A DNA stretch of 36,571 nt from a virus (IMGVR_UViG_3300017978_000126:1-36571); one strand, 5' to 3'. Counted from the stretch's first letter, positions 9,180 through 16,418 are shown. Program-made: numbers and translations. The notes: generated by a model not told the origin, from the sequence alone.

Positions 9180-9538
9180 TATTCCATCTCCTGTGCAGAT
9201 TCCCATTTCTTGCAGGTTTTGCCTTCCTGACAGACAAATTCGTATTTCTTGCAGTAGATGGCCTCGTCACCGTACATCTCTTTGCACTCAGGGCTGTCAT
9301 CACCGTATTCGCAGTTTGAACACCGCTTGCGCTTGGCCTGATCTGGAGCAATGCGCCAGTAATTGGCAAGGTCTCGCCAGAAGTCGCTGCTTGGCTTGCT
9401 TGGGTCTTTTGGCCCAAACATCTGCGCTTCTTCCATGTATTTGACCGTCTTGGCGTTCTCAGCCTCGTCAAATGATGGTTCTTCAGCTTCCTCAATCTCA
9501 ATCGAGATTTCCAGCTCAGTGCCTAAAAGTCCAGCCAT
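9179..9538 (-). CDS. Cys-containing hypothetical protein, probable first gene of the late operon
   Basis: GGAG RBS before MAGLLG; CSNCEY...YCKKYEFVCQEGKTCKKWE metal-binding pattern. Confidence 0.75.
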   Translation of the reverse strand: MAGLLGTELEISIEIEEAEEPSFDEAENAKTVKYMEEAQMFGPKDPSKPSSDFWRDLANYWRIAPDQAKRKRCSNCEYGDDSPECKEMYGDEAIYCKKYEFVCQEGKTCKKWESAQEME

Positions 9539-9558
9539 GATGTTCTCCAGTTGCATGG

Positions 9559-9573
9559 ATTTTATCACCCTAA
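9559..9573 (-). promoter_or_regulatory. Leftward (late operon) extended -10 promoter
   Basis: Minus strand TTAGGG-TGaTAAAAT about 20 nt upstream of ATG 9538. Confidence 0.6.
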
Positions 9574-9594
9574 CACAGTTTTGGCTATTTGCCT

Positions 9595-9639
9595 ATTAGG
9601 GTTTGTCCTAGTGGAGTTTTTTGTTGATAACCTGATAAT
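9595..9639 (+). promoter_or_regulatory. Promoter A: operator ATTAGGGTTTGTCCTAGT plus -10 GATAAT
   Basis: Same motif and spacing as at 17926, 13655 and 15966. Confidence 0.7.
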
Positions 9640-9665
9640 TGAGTCATCAACAACAGGAGTTCCCC

Positions 9666-9761
9666 ATGAAAGAAACAATCGCAGACATCACCCTGGCAGT
9701 GGCATTGGGCTTAGTGTTTTGTGGCTTTGCCCTTGCATACTTTGACGTTTTGACTTACTGA
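9666..9761 (+). CDS. 31-aa single-pass membrane peptide (MKETIADITLAVALGLVFCGFALAYFDVLTY), not in the ORF track
   Basis: AGGAG RBS, dedicated promoter A, one hydrophobic helix. Confidence 0.72.
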   Translation: MKETIADITLAVALGLVFCGFALAYFDVLTY

Positions 9762-10218
9762 TGATGGGTCTTGCCCTCTTGTGCAGGATTTGATGCCTCA
9801 CATAGTCAGTCATTTTTTCAAGCTCTTTGACGCTTGAAGCCTCTAATTGAGCATCGTGAACCTCCATTGCGAGGTTTACGGCTTGCATCTCTGGCCCACG
9901 GAACAAAAACTTTTCTGTCTCCACACCTCTGAGCGCCATGCTATAGAGCGCATCTTGGGCCTCTTTTATTTCAACTCTCCAATCCTCACCCTTGCCGTGA
10001 ACAGCATAGGCTTCTGTCATGTTCAAGGCAGCGATCAGAATGTCGATCTGGTCACGGTTACCCCTGCCCTGGACAACTTCTGTCAGTGCTGAGTGATTCT
10101 TGGCCTTTAAGACTGTCAAGGCATCACCACACTCAGATATTGGTTTCAGGCCAGCCAAGACCCAATTAAGAGCGTCCAGACGGACTCCCTTGGGTTTGTA
10201 GTTGCTTTTCTTCCTCAT
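9688..10218 (-). CDS. Hypothetical helical protein
   Basis: ATGA-coupled to the upstream gene; last gene of the middle operon. Confidence 0.75.
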   Translation of the reverse strand: MRKKSNYKPKGVRLDALNWVLAGLKPISECGDALTVLKAKNHSALTEVVQGRGNRDQIDILIAALNMTEAYAVHGKGEDWRVEIKEAQDALYSMALRGVETEKFLFRGPEMQAVNLAMEVHDAQLEASSVKELEKMTDYVRHQILHKRARPIISKSKRQSMQGQSHKTLSPMPLPG

Positions 10219-10553
10219 TGCCAAAGACTCCCACCGACAAATGTTGTTTTTGGTGTAAATGTATTCCTGATGGCTTTTTTCTTCAGGTAGCTCCTGCGGC
10301 TTCTGTCTTCCTGAGACTGCGTTTGCTTTGGCTGTGCGTCTTCACCATCACCAAAACTGTAAATCTTGACTCGGTTACGTCCATCAGTTGCGTTCTTGTA
10401 GTCAATGACGTAAATCATTTTCTGCTTTTTAAGCTCTGTCAGCATCCTGCCTACAGCCTTTGGTGTTGCCCCAGTCTTGTCAGCTAAACCTTGTCGGCTT
10501 GCTGGCCCCTCCATCAGGGCTTTAAATACCTGAACTGCTTGCTCGATATTCAT
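10215..10553 (-). CDS. Winged-helix DNA-binding protein
   Basis: GPASRQGLADKTGATPKAVGRMLTELKKQKMIYV HTH pattern. Confidence 0.7.
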   Translation of the reverse strand: MNIEQAVQVFKALMEGPASRQGLADKTGATPKAVGRMLTELKKQKMIYVIDYKNATDGRNRVKIYSFGDGEDAQPKQTQSQEDRSRRSYLKKKAIRNTFTPKTTFVGGSLWQ

Positions 10554-10720
10554 TCATCCTCCAACAGCTCAACAGCAATCTTGTACAGAATGTCATATGG
10601 ATCTACACCCATCTCCCAAGCTCCTCTTTTTTCCAGCATCTTGTTTAACCTTTTTTCAGCGGGTGATCGTGTGTCAGGAACGATCAAGGCTTTGGTTTCT
10701 TCTTCACTTGCGTAATTCAT
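10550..10720 (-). CDS. Hypothetical protein (56 aa from MNYASEEE)
   Basis: AAGGAG RBS before ATG 10720; ATGA overlaps at both ends. Confidence 0.6.
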   Translation of the reverse strand: MNYASEEETKALIVPDTRSPAEKRLNKMLEKRGAWEMGVDPYDILYKIAVELLEDE

Positions 10721-10782
10721 GAGCAGCTCCTTGTTGTTAAAAGTACCAGCATCACAATGATGAAAGTCCATGCGATTTTCAT
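10717..10782 (-). CDS. 21-aa hydrophobic peptide (MKIAWTFIIVMLVLLTTRSCS)
   Basis: Fills the gap exactly with ATGA overlaps on both sides. Confidence 0.5.
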   Translation of the reverse strand: MKIAWTFIIVMLVLLTTRSCS

Positions 10783-10892
10783 TCGTCATCTCGCTTTCGT
10801 TTGTCCTGCCGCCATATGGCATAGCCACACAGCAGACCGTGAAACCATGTGATGCCCAGCATGATCCATGTGTCGGGGTCTAGTTCTCTCAT
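10779..10892 (-). CDS. 37-aa membrane peptide (MRELDPDTWIMLGITWFHGLLCGYAIW...)
   Basis: AAGGAG RBS, ATGA coupling, one TM-like segment. Confidence 0.6.
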   Translation of the reverse strand: MRELDPDTWIMLGITWFHGLLCGYAIWRQDKRKRDDE

Positions 10893-11287
10893 GGTGTTCT
10901 CCTTGCTTCTGCCAGTGCATCGGTCAGGATGTTGACCTGTCGCTCCATTGCTTCCATCTCTGCTGGCCAACTGTTGCGCTCGTCAGCCCTCTCCTGCTCC
11001 AGCCGTGCCTTGAATGACTCTGCAATGAAGTCAAAGAACACCTTGGCGCTCTCGTCTGCATCGCCAGTAAACGTCATCTCTGGCCCATTGAAGTCCAGCG
11101 TACCCACCTGCTTACCGTCCTGATTATGGAAGGTCATGTTTTGGTTGGGCTTGGTGTCTAAGAAGGCAAACACTGGCTCCGATGGCGGCTTGAATGTGTA
11201 CGCAGGTAGTTCTTCAGGGCACTTGCAAGTTGATGCCGTGCCAAGCTCCCAGCGCTCTCCGCATGTCCAACATTGTCCGTAAAACAT
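10889..11287 (-). CDS. Modular protein with MFYGQC zinc-ribbon N-terminus
   Basis: AAGGAG RBS and TAATG coupling; N-terminus paralogous to 15640-15897. Confidence 0.75.
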   Translation of the reverse strand: MFYGQCWTCGERWELGTASTCKCPEELPAYTFKPPSEPVFAFLDTKPNQNMTFHNQDGKQVGTLDFNGPEMTFTGDADESAKVFFDFIAESFKARLEQERADERNSWPAEMEAMERQVNILTDALAEARRTP

Positions 11288-11406
11288 TATGTGTTCTCCT
11301 TGAGTAATGCACTGATGATGTTGCCGCATCGTTTGCACTGATAGCGGTGTCGATTTGGGTTGCTGCTTAACAAGTCAAGTGGATGCCAGTTGTGTTTGCA
11401 AGTCAT
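11287..11406 (-). CDS. 39-aa zinc-ribbon peptide (MTCKHNW...YQCKRCG), not in the ORF track
   Basis: CxHxW..CxxCG pattern; coupled at both ends. Confidence 0.65.
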   Translation of the reverse strand: MTCKHNWHPLDLLSSNPNRHRYQCKRCGNIISALLKENT

Positions 11407-11828
11407 GAGTTTTTTTCTCGCAGTTTGGCTTCGATGGCTCGTGCAAAATCTTCATGATCCAAGTGGTAAGTCGGCCAATTGTTAAAAATGCTTTCAATAT
11501 CCTCCTCACTCAGCCCAACCCATGTGCGCTGTGGTGGGGTGGTGAAGAGAGGGATAGTGCAATCATCATGCCTTGTTGGATATGCAGTCCAGCACTTAAA
11601 ATCCTTCAAGGCTTCAAGACCTTCTGGATATAGCCACGCCACAGGCTCCTGCTCCTGCTGTGCTGGCTGCTCTGCCAGTGATGGCTGTGCCAGTGCCTTG
11701 TCAATAGCAGCCAATGCAGTAACTGCGTCTTGTCTAGCGTCCCTCCAATACTGCGGGTCTGTTGCATGGCTTGATGCGATTAAGTTGTTAATCGCCAACT
11801 GCGCCAGCTTCATTGCTTTTTTTCTCAT
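11403..11828 (-). CDS. Modular hypothetical protein (AMKLA / LAEQPAQQEQEPVAW / WVGLS / RAIEAKLREKN)
   Basis: ORF track; shares repeat modules with its neighbours. Confidence 0.8.
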   Translation of the reverse strand: MRKKAMKLAQLAINNLIASSHATDPQYWRDARQDAVTALAAIDKALAQPSLAEQPAQQEQEPVAWLYPEGLEALKDFKCWTAYPTRHDDCTIPLFTTPPQRTWVGLSEEDIESIFNNWPTYHLDHEDFARAIEAKLREKNS

Positions 11829-12283
11829 GTGTCCTCCTTGATGTTGTGGGCGGCTTCGATGGCTCTTACAAAGCGGTCTATGCTGTCTTTGGGGCCACCT
11901 TCGGCAACCTGCTTGCTAATTGCTGTTATTTCTTCATACGTCAGAGGCTTGCGCTGTGCTGGCTGCTCTGCCAGTGCTTCTCGCAGGGCGGCGTCAACGG
12001 GCGGGATCGGTATCCAGTGTGTCGGCTTATTCTCAACGGAACATCCAGTTGTCCACCAAGTGTTGCTGTATGCGAGTTGAGGCCACTTGCTGGGCGGCAG
12101 CAACAAAATGAGTTCACGCCCTGTTTTTGGTGCCGTCTCAATCGGTTGCCACTCACGCGCTGGCGGCTCTGCCAGTGCTGCCGCTACTTTTCTCAGCGTT
12201 GTAGCCTGAATGAACACCTGACGACCATGCTCCAGATCGGTAGCCCAAGCCTCCAGCACCTGTCGAATTGCTTCTTTGCTCAT
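11825..12283 (-). CDS. Modular protein with DUF551-like insert
   Basis: WQPIETAPK...PTHWIPIPP pattern flanked by shared modules. Confidence 0.78.
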   Translation of the reverse strand: MSKEAIRQVLEAWATDLEHGRQVFIQATTLRKVAAALAEPPAREWQPIETAPKTGRELILLLPPSKWPQLAYSNTWWTTGCSVENKPTHWIPIPPVDAALREALAEQPAQRKPLTYEEITAISKQVAEGGPKDSIDRFVRAIEAAHNIKEDT

Positions 12284-12429
12284 AGCTTCTCTCCGTTCGT
12301 GATGCCGTGGGCGGCTTCGAGTTTCTGCACCCGCTTAAGCAACTGCAAAAGCAACATTGCAACTTCGTCTCGGTCAAGTTCACCGCTGTTGCTCAGCAGG
12401 TGTCGAATATCTTTTTCAAGGTCATCCAT
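12280..12429 (-). CDS. 49-aa protein ending EAAHGITNGEKL, not in the ORF track
   Basis: AAGGAG RBS, ATGA coupling, shared C-terminal module. Confidence 0.7.
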   Translation of the reverse strand: MDDLEKDIRHLLSNSGELDRDEVAMLLLQLLKRVQKLEAAHGITNGEKL

Positions 12430-12432
12430 GTC

Positions 12433-12738
12433 TTACTCCTTGATGCCGTGGACGGCTATTTCTTCAGGCGTTGCTGTGCGCTCGTAGTCGCAGTGCTTGC
12501 AGCCCATCCGCGAATACTCATTCGGCCAGCTCTTGCGAAACGCCAGCTCGTGCTCGGCGCCGTTCAGGCAATCGGCCTTGCTGGGCTCGTAGTCGAAGCT
12601 GATGTAGGTCTCAAACACGAACGTCTTTTTGCATTCGCTGCATTCGTGCTCATGCTTCACACCTTCGGCATAGCCGTGGCCGTCATCGTGGCAAACCTCT
12701 TGGTCTGCTCCACAGTAGGGGCATTTCATGTCGCTCAT
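12433..12738 (-). CDS. Zinc-finger protein (CPYCG..CSECKK..CKHCD)
   Basis: Start moved to the ATGA overlap at 12738; multiple CxxC; ends AVHGIKE. Confidence 0.75.
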   Translation of the reverse strand: MSDMKCPYCGADQEVCHDDGHGYAEGVKHEHECSECKKTFVFETYISFDYEPSKADCLNGAEHELAFRKSWPNEYSRMGCKHCDYERTATPEEIAVHGIKE

Positions 12739-13370
12739 GCTGCACCGCCTTTCGTGATGCCGTGGGCGGCTGGTAGTGGCATCCAGCGACACTCCCAAGT
12801 GTTGAAGTGCCGTGATGTAGCGCCAGGGCCGTAGTGGAATGAGCCGCCCGTGTGTCGTCCGAAGTAAGTGTTTCCATCGTGACAAAACAAAACCGGCACA
12901 CCAATACCCGGAAGGTATTGCTTCTGCGTCTTGTCGTTCGGGTCAATCCACTCCGTCAGCGGCTGTGCTGGTGGTTGTGGGGATGGATACACATCACGCA
13001 CAGGAACGCCAGCAGCTTCCGTGTTGGCTCGGTGGTTGTTCGTTTCCATGCCGTTGTGCCACTTTCCATCTTGGAAAAACTGCCAACCGCACGGCTCCTG
13101 CTGTGCTGGCTGCTCTGCCAGTGCTTCTCGCAGGGCGGTGCTGGCTCTTTCCTTGGCTTCTCTGATGGATGATCCCCATGTGTCCTTGGACTCCAACGCC
13201 CCCAGCGCCAGCTTCATTGCTTCTTTGCTTTTATCAGTAGCCATCCTTGCTCTCTCGTCAGCACGGACAAGCGCTGCCAGTCTGTGTATCTCAGGCATGT
13301 ACTCCTGAAACAATCCCCAGTCATCACCCGCAGCTTCACGGGCCATCTCAATAGTTGTCTTAGTAGCCAT
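12735..13370 (-). CDS. Modular hypothetical protein (RADER / EAMKLA / LREALAEQPAQQEP / DUF551-like / AAHGIT)
   Basis: GGGAG RBS before MATKTT; contains several of the shared modules. Confidence 0.78.
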   Translation of the reverse strand: MATKTTIEMAREAAGDDWGLFQEYMPEIHRLAALVRADERARMATDKSKEAMKLALGALESKDTWGSSIREAKERASTALREALAEQPAQQEPCGWQFFQDGKWHNGMETNNHRANTEAAGVPVRDVYPSPQPPAQPLTEWIDPNDKTQKQYLPGIGVPVLFCHDGNTYFGRHTGGSFHYGPGATSRHFNTWECRWMPLPAAHGITKGGAA

Positions 13371-13584
13371 TTGCGCTCTCCCAGCCAGACTCCCAAAAGC
13401 CTTTCTCGCCTTCCATCTCAAGCTCGGCAATCTGCTCTTTGCTGAGAATTGGCGTTACGTCCTGGCACTCAAAGAACACACCGTTAAAGCTAGGAGTTGC
13501 GTTACCGTCATCCCAGCTAACGTCAAACCATACCGACACGACAGCACCGTTCAGTGTTGTCTTGTACTCAAAATCTTCGATCAT
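13360..13584 (-). CDS. Acidic hypothetical protein, first gene after promoter C
   Basis: AGGAG RBS and upstream promoter. Confidence 0.75.
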   Translation of the reverse strand: MIEDFEYKTTLNGAVVSVWFDVSWDDGNATPSFNGVFFECQDVTPILSKEQIAELEMEGEKGFWESGWESANGY

Positions 13585-13609
13585 GGACTTCTCCTGTGTT
13601 GATGTGTTT

Positions 13610-13655
13610 ATTGTCTAACAGGAGATCAGTCTTTGGAATTAGTAGAAACCCTCAT
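13610..13655 (-). promoter_or_regulatory. Promoter C: operator ATGAGGGTTTCTACTAAT plus -10 GACAAT
   Basis: CTAT start of the motif to ATG is 73 nt, the same as promoters A and B. Confidence 0.7.
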
Positions 13656-13970
13656 AGGGTTTGGCACATCTTTAGGCCACAAACCAAATAAGATCAGTCG
13701 ATTGATCGTATTTTTGTGCGCTTCTTCCCACATAGCCATGCGCTCGGCTTTGGTCATTGATGTGCCTTGGTCAAGCTGGCTGTGACAGGTAAAGCAAAGG
13801 CTTGCAATTAGGTTGTCATCAGCCTTGATGCCTCTACCCTTACCACCACCCCAGTTTGTATGTGCAGCCACCACAGTACCGTCATCAGCACCACAGTGTT
13901 GACAAGGTATTTGTCTAGCAGCCTCAAGCAGTTTCTTGCTGCGGATGTATTTATGCTTCGGGAACATCAT
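13626..13970 (-). CDS. DUF1364/YbcO-like His-Me finger nuclease
   Basis: RSKKLLEAARQIPCQHCG..TVVAAH..GRGIKADD....CFTCH motif. Confidence 0.8.
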   Translation of the reverse strand: MMFPKHKYIRSKKLLEAARQIPCQHCGADDGTVVAAHTNWGGGKGRGIKADDNLIASLCFTCHSQLDQGTSMTKAERMAMWEEAHKNTINRLILFGLWPKDVPNPMRVSTNSKD

Positions 13971-14373
13971 GCTGTTCTCCAATGCTTGTTGGCGACCACT
14001 TAACTTCACGCTCGTCACCAAAAGCGTGAGCCAGCGTTATCAAGTCTGTCATTTCTTGCTTTGTCATCTTGCTGGTTGATGTGCCAAGAACAACAAAGCC
14101 ACCATCTATTCCTGGAATGGCTCGTTGCTTTTTTAGGCCAGCAGTCAGCAAGTCCTTATATTCGTCTTTTGTTAGCTTTTGACCGTGCCACATAACTTGT
14201 CGTGATAAGTCTGTCAGCACTGACCACATTAACTGGTTCTGCTCTTGGCTGCGCTTTTCCTGCTCAATTGTCAGCACCAGCTTATTACCTGCCAACAAGT
14301 AAGGCTTGGCTTTCTGCCAAATGTCTAGCAGGACAGTGTGACCATGTTGAGCATTGTGGAGAGTTACTTTCAT
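13951..14373 (-). CDS. ninB: NinB (Orf) recombination protein
   Basis: RSQEQNQLMWSVLTDLSRQV and PGIDGGFVVLGTSTSKMTKQEMTDLI motifs. Confidence 0.9.
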   Translation of the reverse strand: MKVTLHNAQHGHTVLLDIWQKAKPYLLAGNKLVLTIEQEKRSQEQNQLMWSVLTDLSRQVMWHGQKLTKDEYKDLLTAGLKKQRAIPGIDGGFVVLGTSTSKMTKQEMTDLITLAHAFGDEREVKWSPTSIGEQHDVPEA

Positions 14374-14783
14374 TCCAGCTCCTCCCTGACGCAAACATGG
14401 ACGCTGGCAATGGTGTCATATCTCTTCGTCACATGAAGGCTCACCACTTGAACGTCATCCTTGTAGACAATCCCATTCATAGCATCGAGAAAAGACTTAG
14501 CCACGTTATCAAGGTCAGGTTTCTTTGGCCTCTCCAAACGATTTAAACAGGCTTCCTTGCGCTTTTTTGAATAACTGGCGGGGATTGCATGGTTGATGTA
14601 GATATAGACAGCTACAGGCGTTTCTAGTGGCAATGATGGGCACATTGCTGACAGTGCTTGTGATGCAATCAGGTTTTCATAATCCACAGACTTCTTCGGC
14701 GTGTAGGTGCGGCCTCTTGAAAACCTTGGGCGCTGCTTCCCAATAGGGTCGCCCTCTATGTTAAAAATTAACTGAAACGTCAT
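14370..14783 (-). CDS. rusA: RusA-family Holliday junction resolvase
   Basis: GKQRPRF and KPDLDNVAKSFLDAMNGIVYKDDVQV catalytic motif. Confidence 0.92.
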   Translation of the reverse strand: MTFQLIFNIEGDPIGKQRPRFSRGRTYTPKKSVDYENLIASQALSAMCPSLPLETPVAVYIYINHAIPASYSKKRKEACLNRLERPKKPDLDNVAKSFLDAMNGIVYKDDVQVVSLHVTKRYDTIASVHVCVREELE

Positions 14784-15052
14784 TCTGACTTTCCTGTTGC
14801 TTTGGCAATAGCGGCACGGGCTACGCTTGCTGCGGCATAGTCTTTCCCGCAGCAATCCAAGGCGCACAAAGCATCCTTCAACGCCTCTAACAACTCAGGC
14901 ACTGCGGCGATTAAGCGGGCGTTTTCTGTTCCATGTACCACCTCTGCAACACATTCGCCAATTTCTGACCAATGAATTTGATATTCGGGCAAGCCGCTTC
15001 GAGCCAGTCCAGTTGGGTGGGCTTTCCACGGCCCATGTGTGTGTGTTGTCAT
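14780..15052 (-). CDS. Common phage hypothetical protein (HTxGPW...NARLIAAxPELLEAL type)
   Basis: Recognisable motif; ATGA-coupled. Confidence 0.8.
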   Translation of the reverse strand: MTTHTHGPWKAHPTGLARSGLPEYQIHWSEIGECVAEVVHGTENARLIAAVPELLEALKDALCALDCCGKDYAAASVARAAIAKATGKSE

Positions 15053-15261
15053 TCCAATTCTCCTTTTTGTAACTTAACCATGTAAGACCGAATTCGTTCA
15101 ACAGAACCTCTACCGTAAACACGCTCCAGCCATTCCATGCGAACAGGTGTCAGCACTTTTTGACCTGTTGACTCGTAGGTGCGGTAAAGGACTCTGGCCT
15201 CCCCCAATTCAATGATGTATCTGTCACCAGCATTGGATATTTCTTTTCTGCTTTGCGCCAC
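15049..15261 (-). CDS. Hypothetical protein
   Basis: GTG start; coupled to the downstream gene. Confidence 0.65.
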   Translation of the reverse strand: MAQSRKEISNAGDRYIIELGEARVLYRTYESTGQKVLTPVRMEWLERVYGRGSVERIRSYMVKLQKGELE

Positions 15262-15272
15262 AGTGTTTACCC

Positions 15273-15464
15273 TTAGTACGGCATTGGGTTAAGTGAAATC
15301 AAGCCCCACTTCATTTGCGGGTACTTGCGAACAATGTTGAGCTTTTGAAGTCTAGTGATGGCGTACCAGACTTGCTTTGTTGTCCAGAAGGTGATTTCTT
15401 CTATCTCTTTGCTCGACAGTTCGCCGTGTTCAAGTAAGCGTCTTAGTGCGTATGGTCGTGTCAT
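15273..15464 (-). CDS. Small winged-helix-like protein
   Basis: LLEHGELSSKEIEEIT.WTTKQVWYAITRLQKLNIVRK pattern. Confidence 0.65.
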   Translation of the reverse strand: MTRPYALRRLLEHGELSSKEIEEITFWTTKQVWYAITRLQKLNIVRKYPQMKWGLISLNPMPY

Positions 15465-15643
15465 TTTTTTTCCTTCATATCTTTCAGGATTTTGTCAACA
15501 CTGTCTTTAGTCTCAAAGTACTTTTCAATTGTTTCAACAATGTTTTTTACTCCACCGTGCATTTTTATGAATAGCTTTATTAAAAACCATCCCCAAAAAA
15601 CACCAAGAGCGATTGTTGATATTGGATACTCGTACTCTTTCAT
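15461..15643 (-). CDS. AT-rich small membrane protein
   Basis: One TM segment; ATGA coupling on both sides. Confidence 0.6.
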   Translation of the reverse strand: MKEYEYPISTIALGVFWGWFLIKLFIKMHGGVKNIVETIEKYFETKDSVDKILKDMKEKK

Positions 15644-15897
15644 GTGTTTTTCTCACGCAACTTTTCTTCAATAGCACGACCATAATCTTGGTAGTAATAC
15701 ACTGGCCCCATCTCAAGATGCAATTCCTTGTATTCATCGTCAGTCAAACCGATCCATACGCGATCTTGCAAAGTAGACTGTTTAGCCGATGTGCAAGGCA
15801 TAGAAAACTTGTAATTAGGTAATTTAGCGCATTTGCAAGTGCTGGCAGCACCCAATGACCAGCGTTCTCCACAAGCGTTGCATTGTCCGTAAAACAT
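15640..15897 (-). CDS. Modular protein: MFYGQC zinc ribbon fused to WIGLT..RAIEEKLREKN module
   Basis: AAGGA RBS. N-terminus resembles the 11287 gene; C-terminus resembles the 11403-11828 gene. Confidence 0.75.
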   Translation of the reverse strand: MFYGQCNACGERWSLGAASTCKCAKLPNYKFSMPCTSAKQSTLQDRVWIGLTDDEYKELHLEMGPVYYYQDYGRAIEEKLREKNT

Positions 15898-15921
15898 ATC
15901 AGTTCCTTTCAGTGTGCTTTT

Positions 15922-15966
15922 ATTGTCCACAGCTTTTTCTTGTTTGTCATTGGTACTTACCCTATG
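15922..15966 (-). promoter_or_regulatory. Promoter D: operator CATAGGGTAAGTACCAAT plus -10 GACAAT
   Basis: TAGGG to -10 spacing is 37 nt, as in promoters A and B. Confidence 0.65.
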
Positions 15967-16274
15967 TTTTATTTTTTAAGCATAGGTGACCCCCGAGACT
16001 CCCGACCTGTACCAATGTGTACTGTCTTTATGAATCTCTCAGCCAACCAATTAAAGGTCTATAACCAAAAAAGGTCCACTGCTCACTTGATGCCGTATTC
16101 CATTGTCGAGCGCCCGTTTCGTGGGCCATGCGCTGAGTGTCGGTTTGCTTGCTCGTTTTTGTGGTCGCTACGGAACGCCACGCCGCCGGGGGTCATATAG
16201 CGGCATCGGTTTCTTGAGTACGGCCCCGACATTGGCCTATTAGCTAACCCGCTCTGAGGGTTGGTGATGTTGAC

Positions 16275-16377
16275 AAACAAAAAGCCGTTACTACTGCCCT
16301 CGGTGGAAACCCTAAAGTAAAAACCAAGGGCGAAGGCATGAGTAACGGCTCTAGAGTCGGTCGCTTTCCACGGCAAC
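16275..16377 (-). ncRNA. Structured leader/attenuator-like RNA (element 1)
   Basis: Stem AGCCGTTACT-CA-TGCCTTCG / CGAGGGCA-GT-AGTAACGGCT plus T-run. The 5' hairpin loop GTGGAAA is complementary to internal TTTCCAC. Confidence 0.6.
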
Positions 16378-16392
16378 AACTCCATTTAACCA

Positions 16393-16418
16393 TAAAAAAA
16401 GGGGCCTGTAAAGCCCCT
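16393..16418 (-). terminator. Intrinsic terminator after the replication gene
   Basis: AGGGGC-loop-GCCCCT followed by a T-run on the minus strand. Confidence 0.75.

Larger units (their letters stand above)
11427..13229. repeat. Family of dispersed direct repeats, 14-39 bp
   Basis: 11953-11991=13100-13138 (39 bp); 11651-11680=13094-13123 (30 bp); 12296-12316=12751-12771 (21 bp); 11801-11818=13205-13222 (18 bp); 11427-11440=11852-11865 and 12267-12280=13216-13229 (14 bp each). Confidence 0.9.

Noticed and set aside
9112-9501. 129-aa alternative-frame ORF
   Set aside because: It overlaps two better-supported coupled genes (9179-9538 and 9048-9179).
11400-13250. CRISPR array or diversity-generating retroelement as the source of the repeats
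   Set aside because: Spacing is irregular and repeats are in-frame coding. There is no cas or reverse transcriptase gene and no adenine-specific template/variable pair.
11400-13250. Invertase-driven shufflon
   Set aside because: All repeats are direct and no tyrosine or serine recombinase is recognisable.
15260-15277. Operator-like AAGGGTAAACACTG before gene 15261
   Set aside because: Weak match with no -10 at the conserved spacing; more simply the RBS region.
16083-16385. 100-aa minus-strand ORF
   Set aside because: No RBS or motif, and it runs through a terminator-like stem. A structured non-coding region explains it better.
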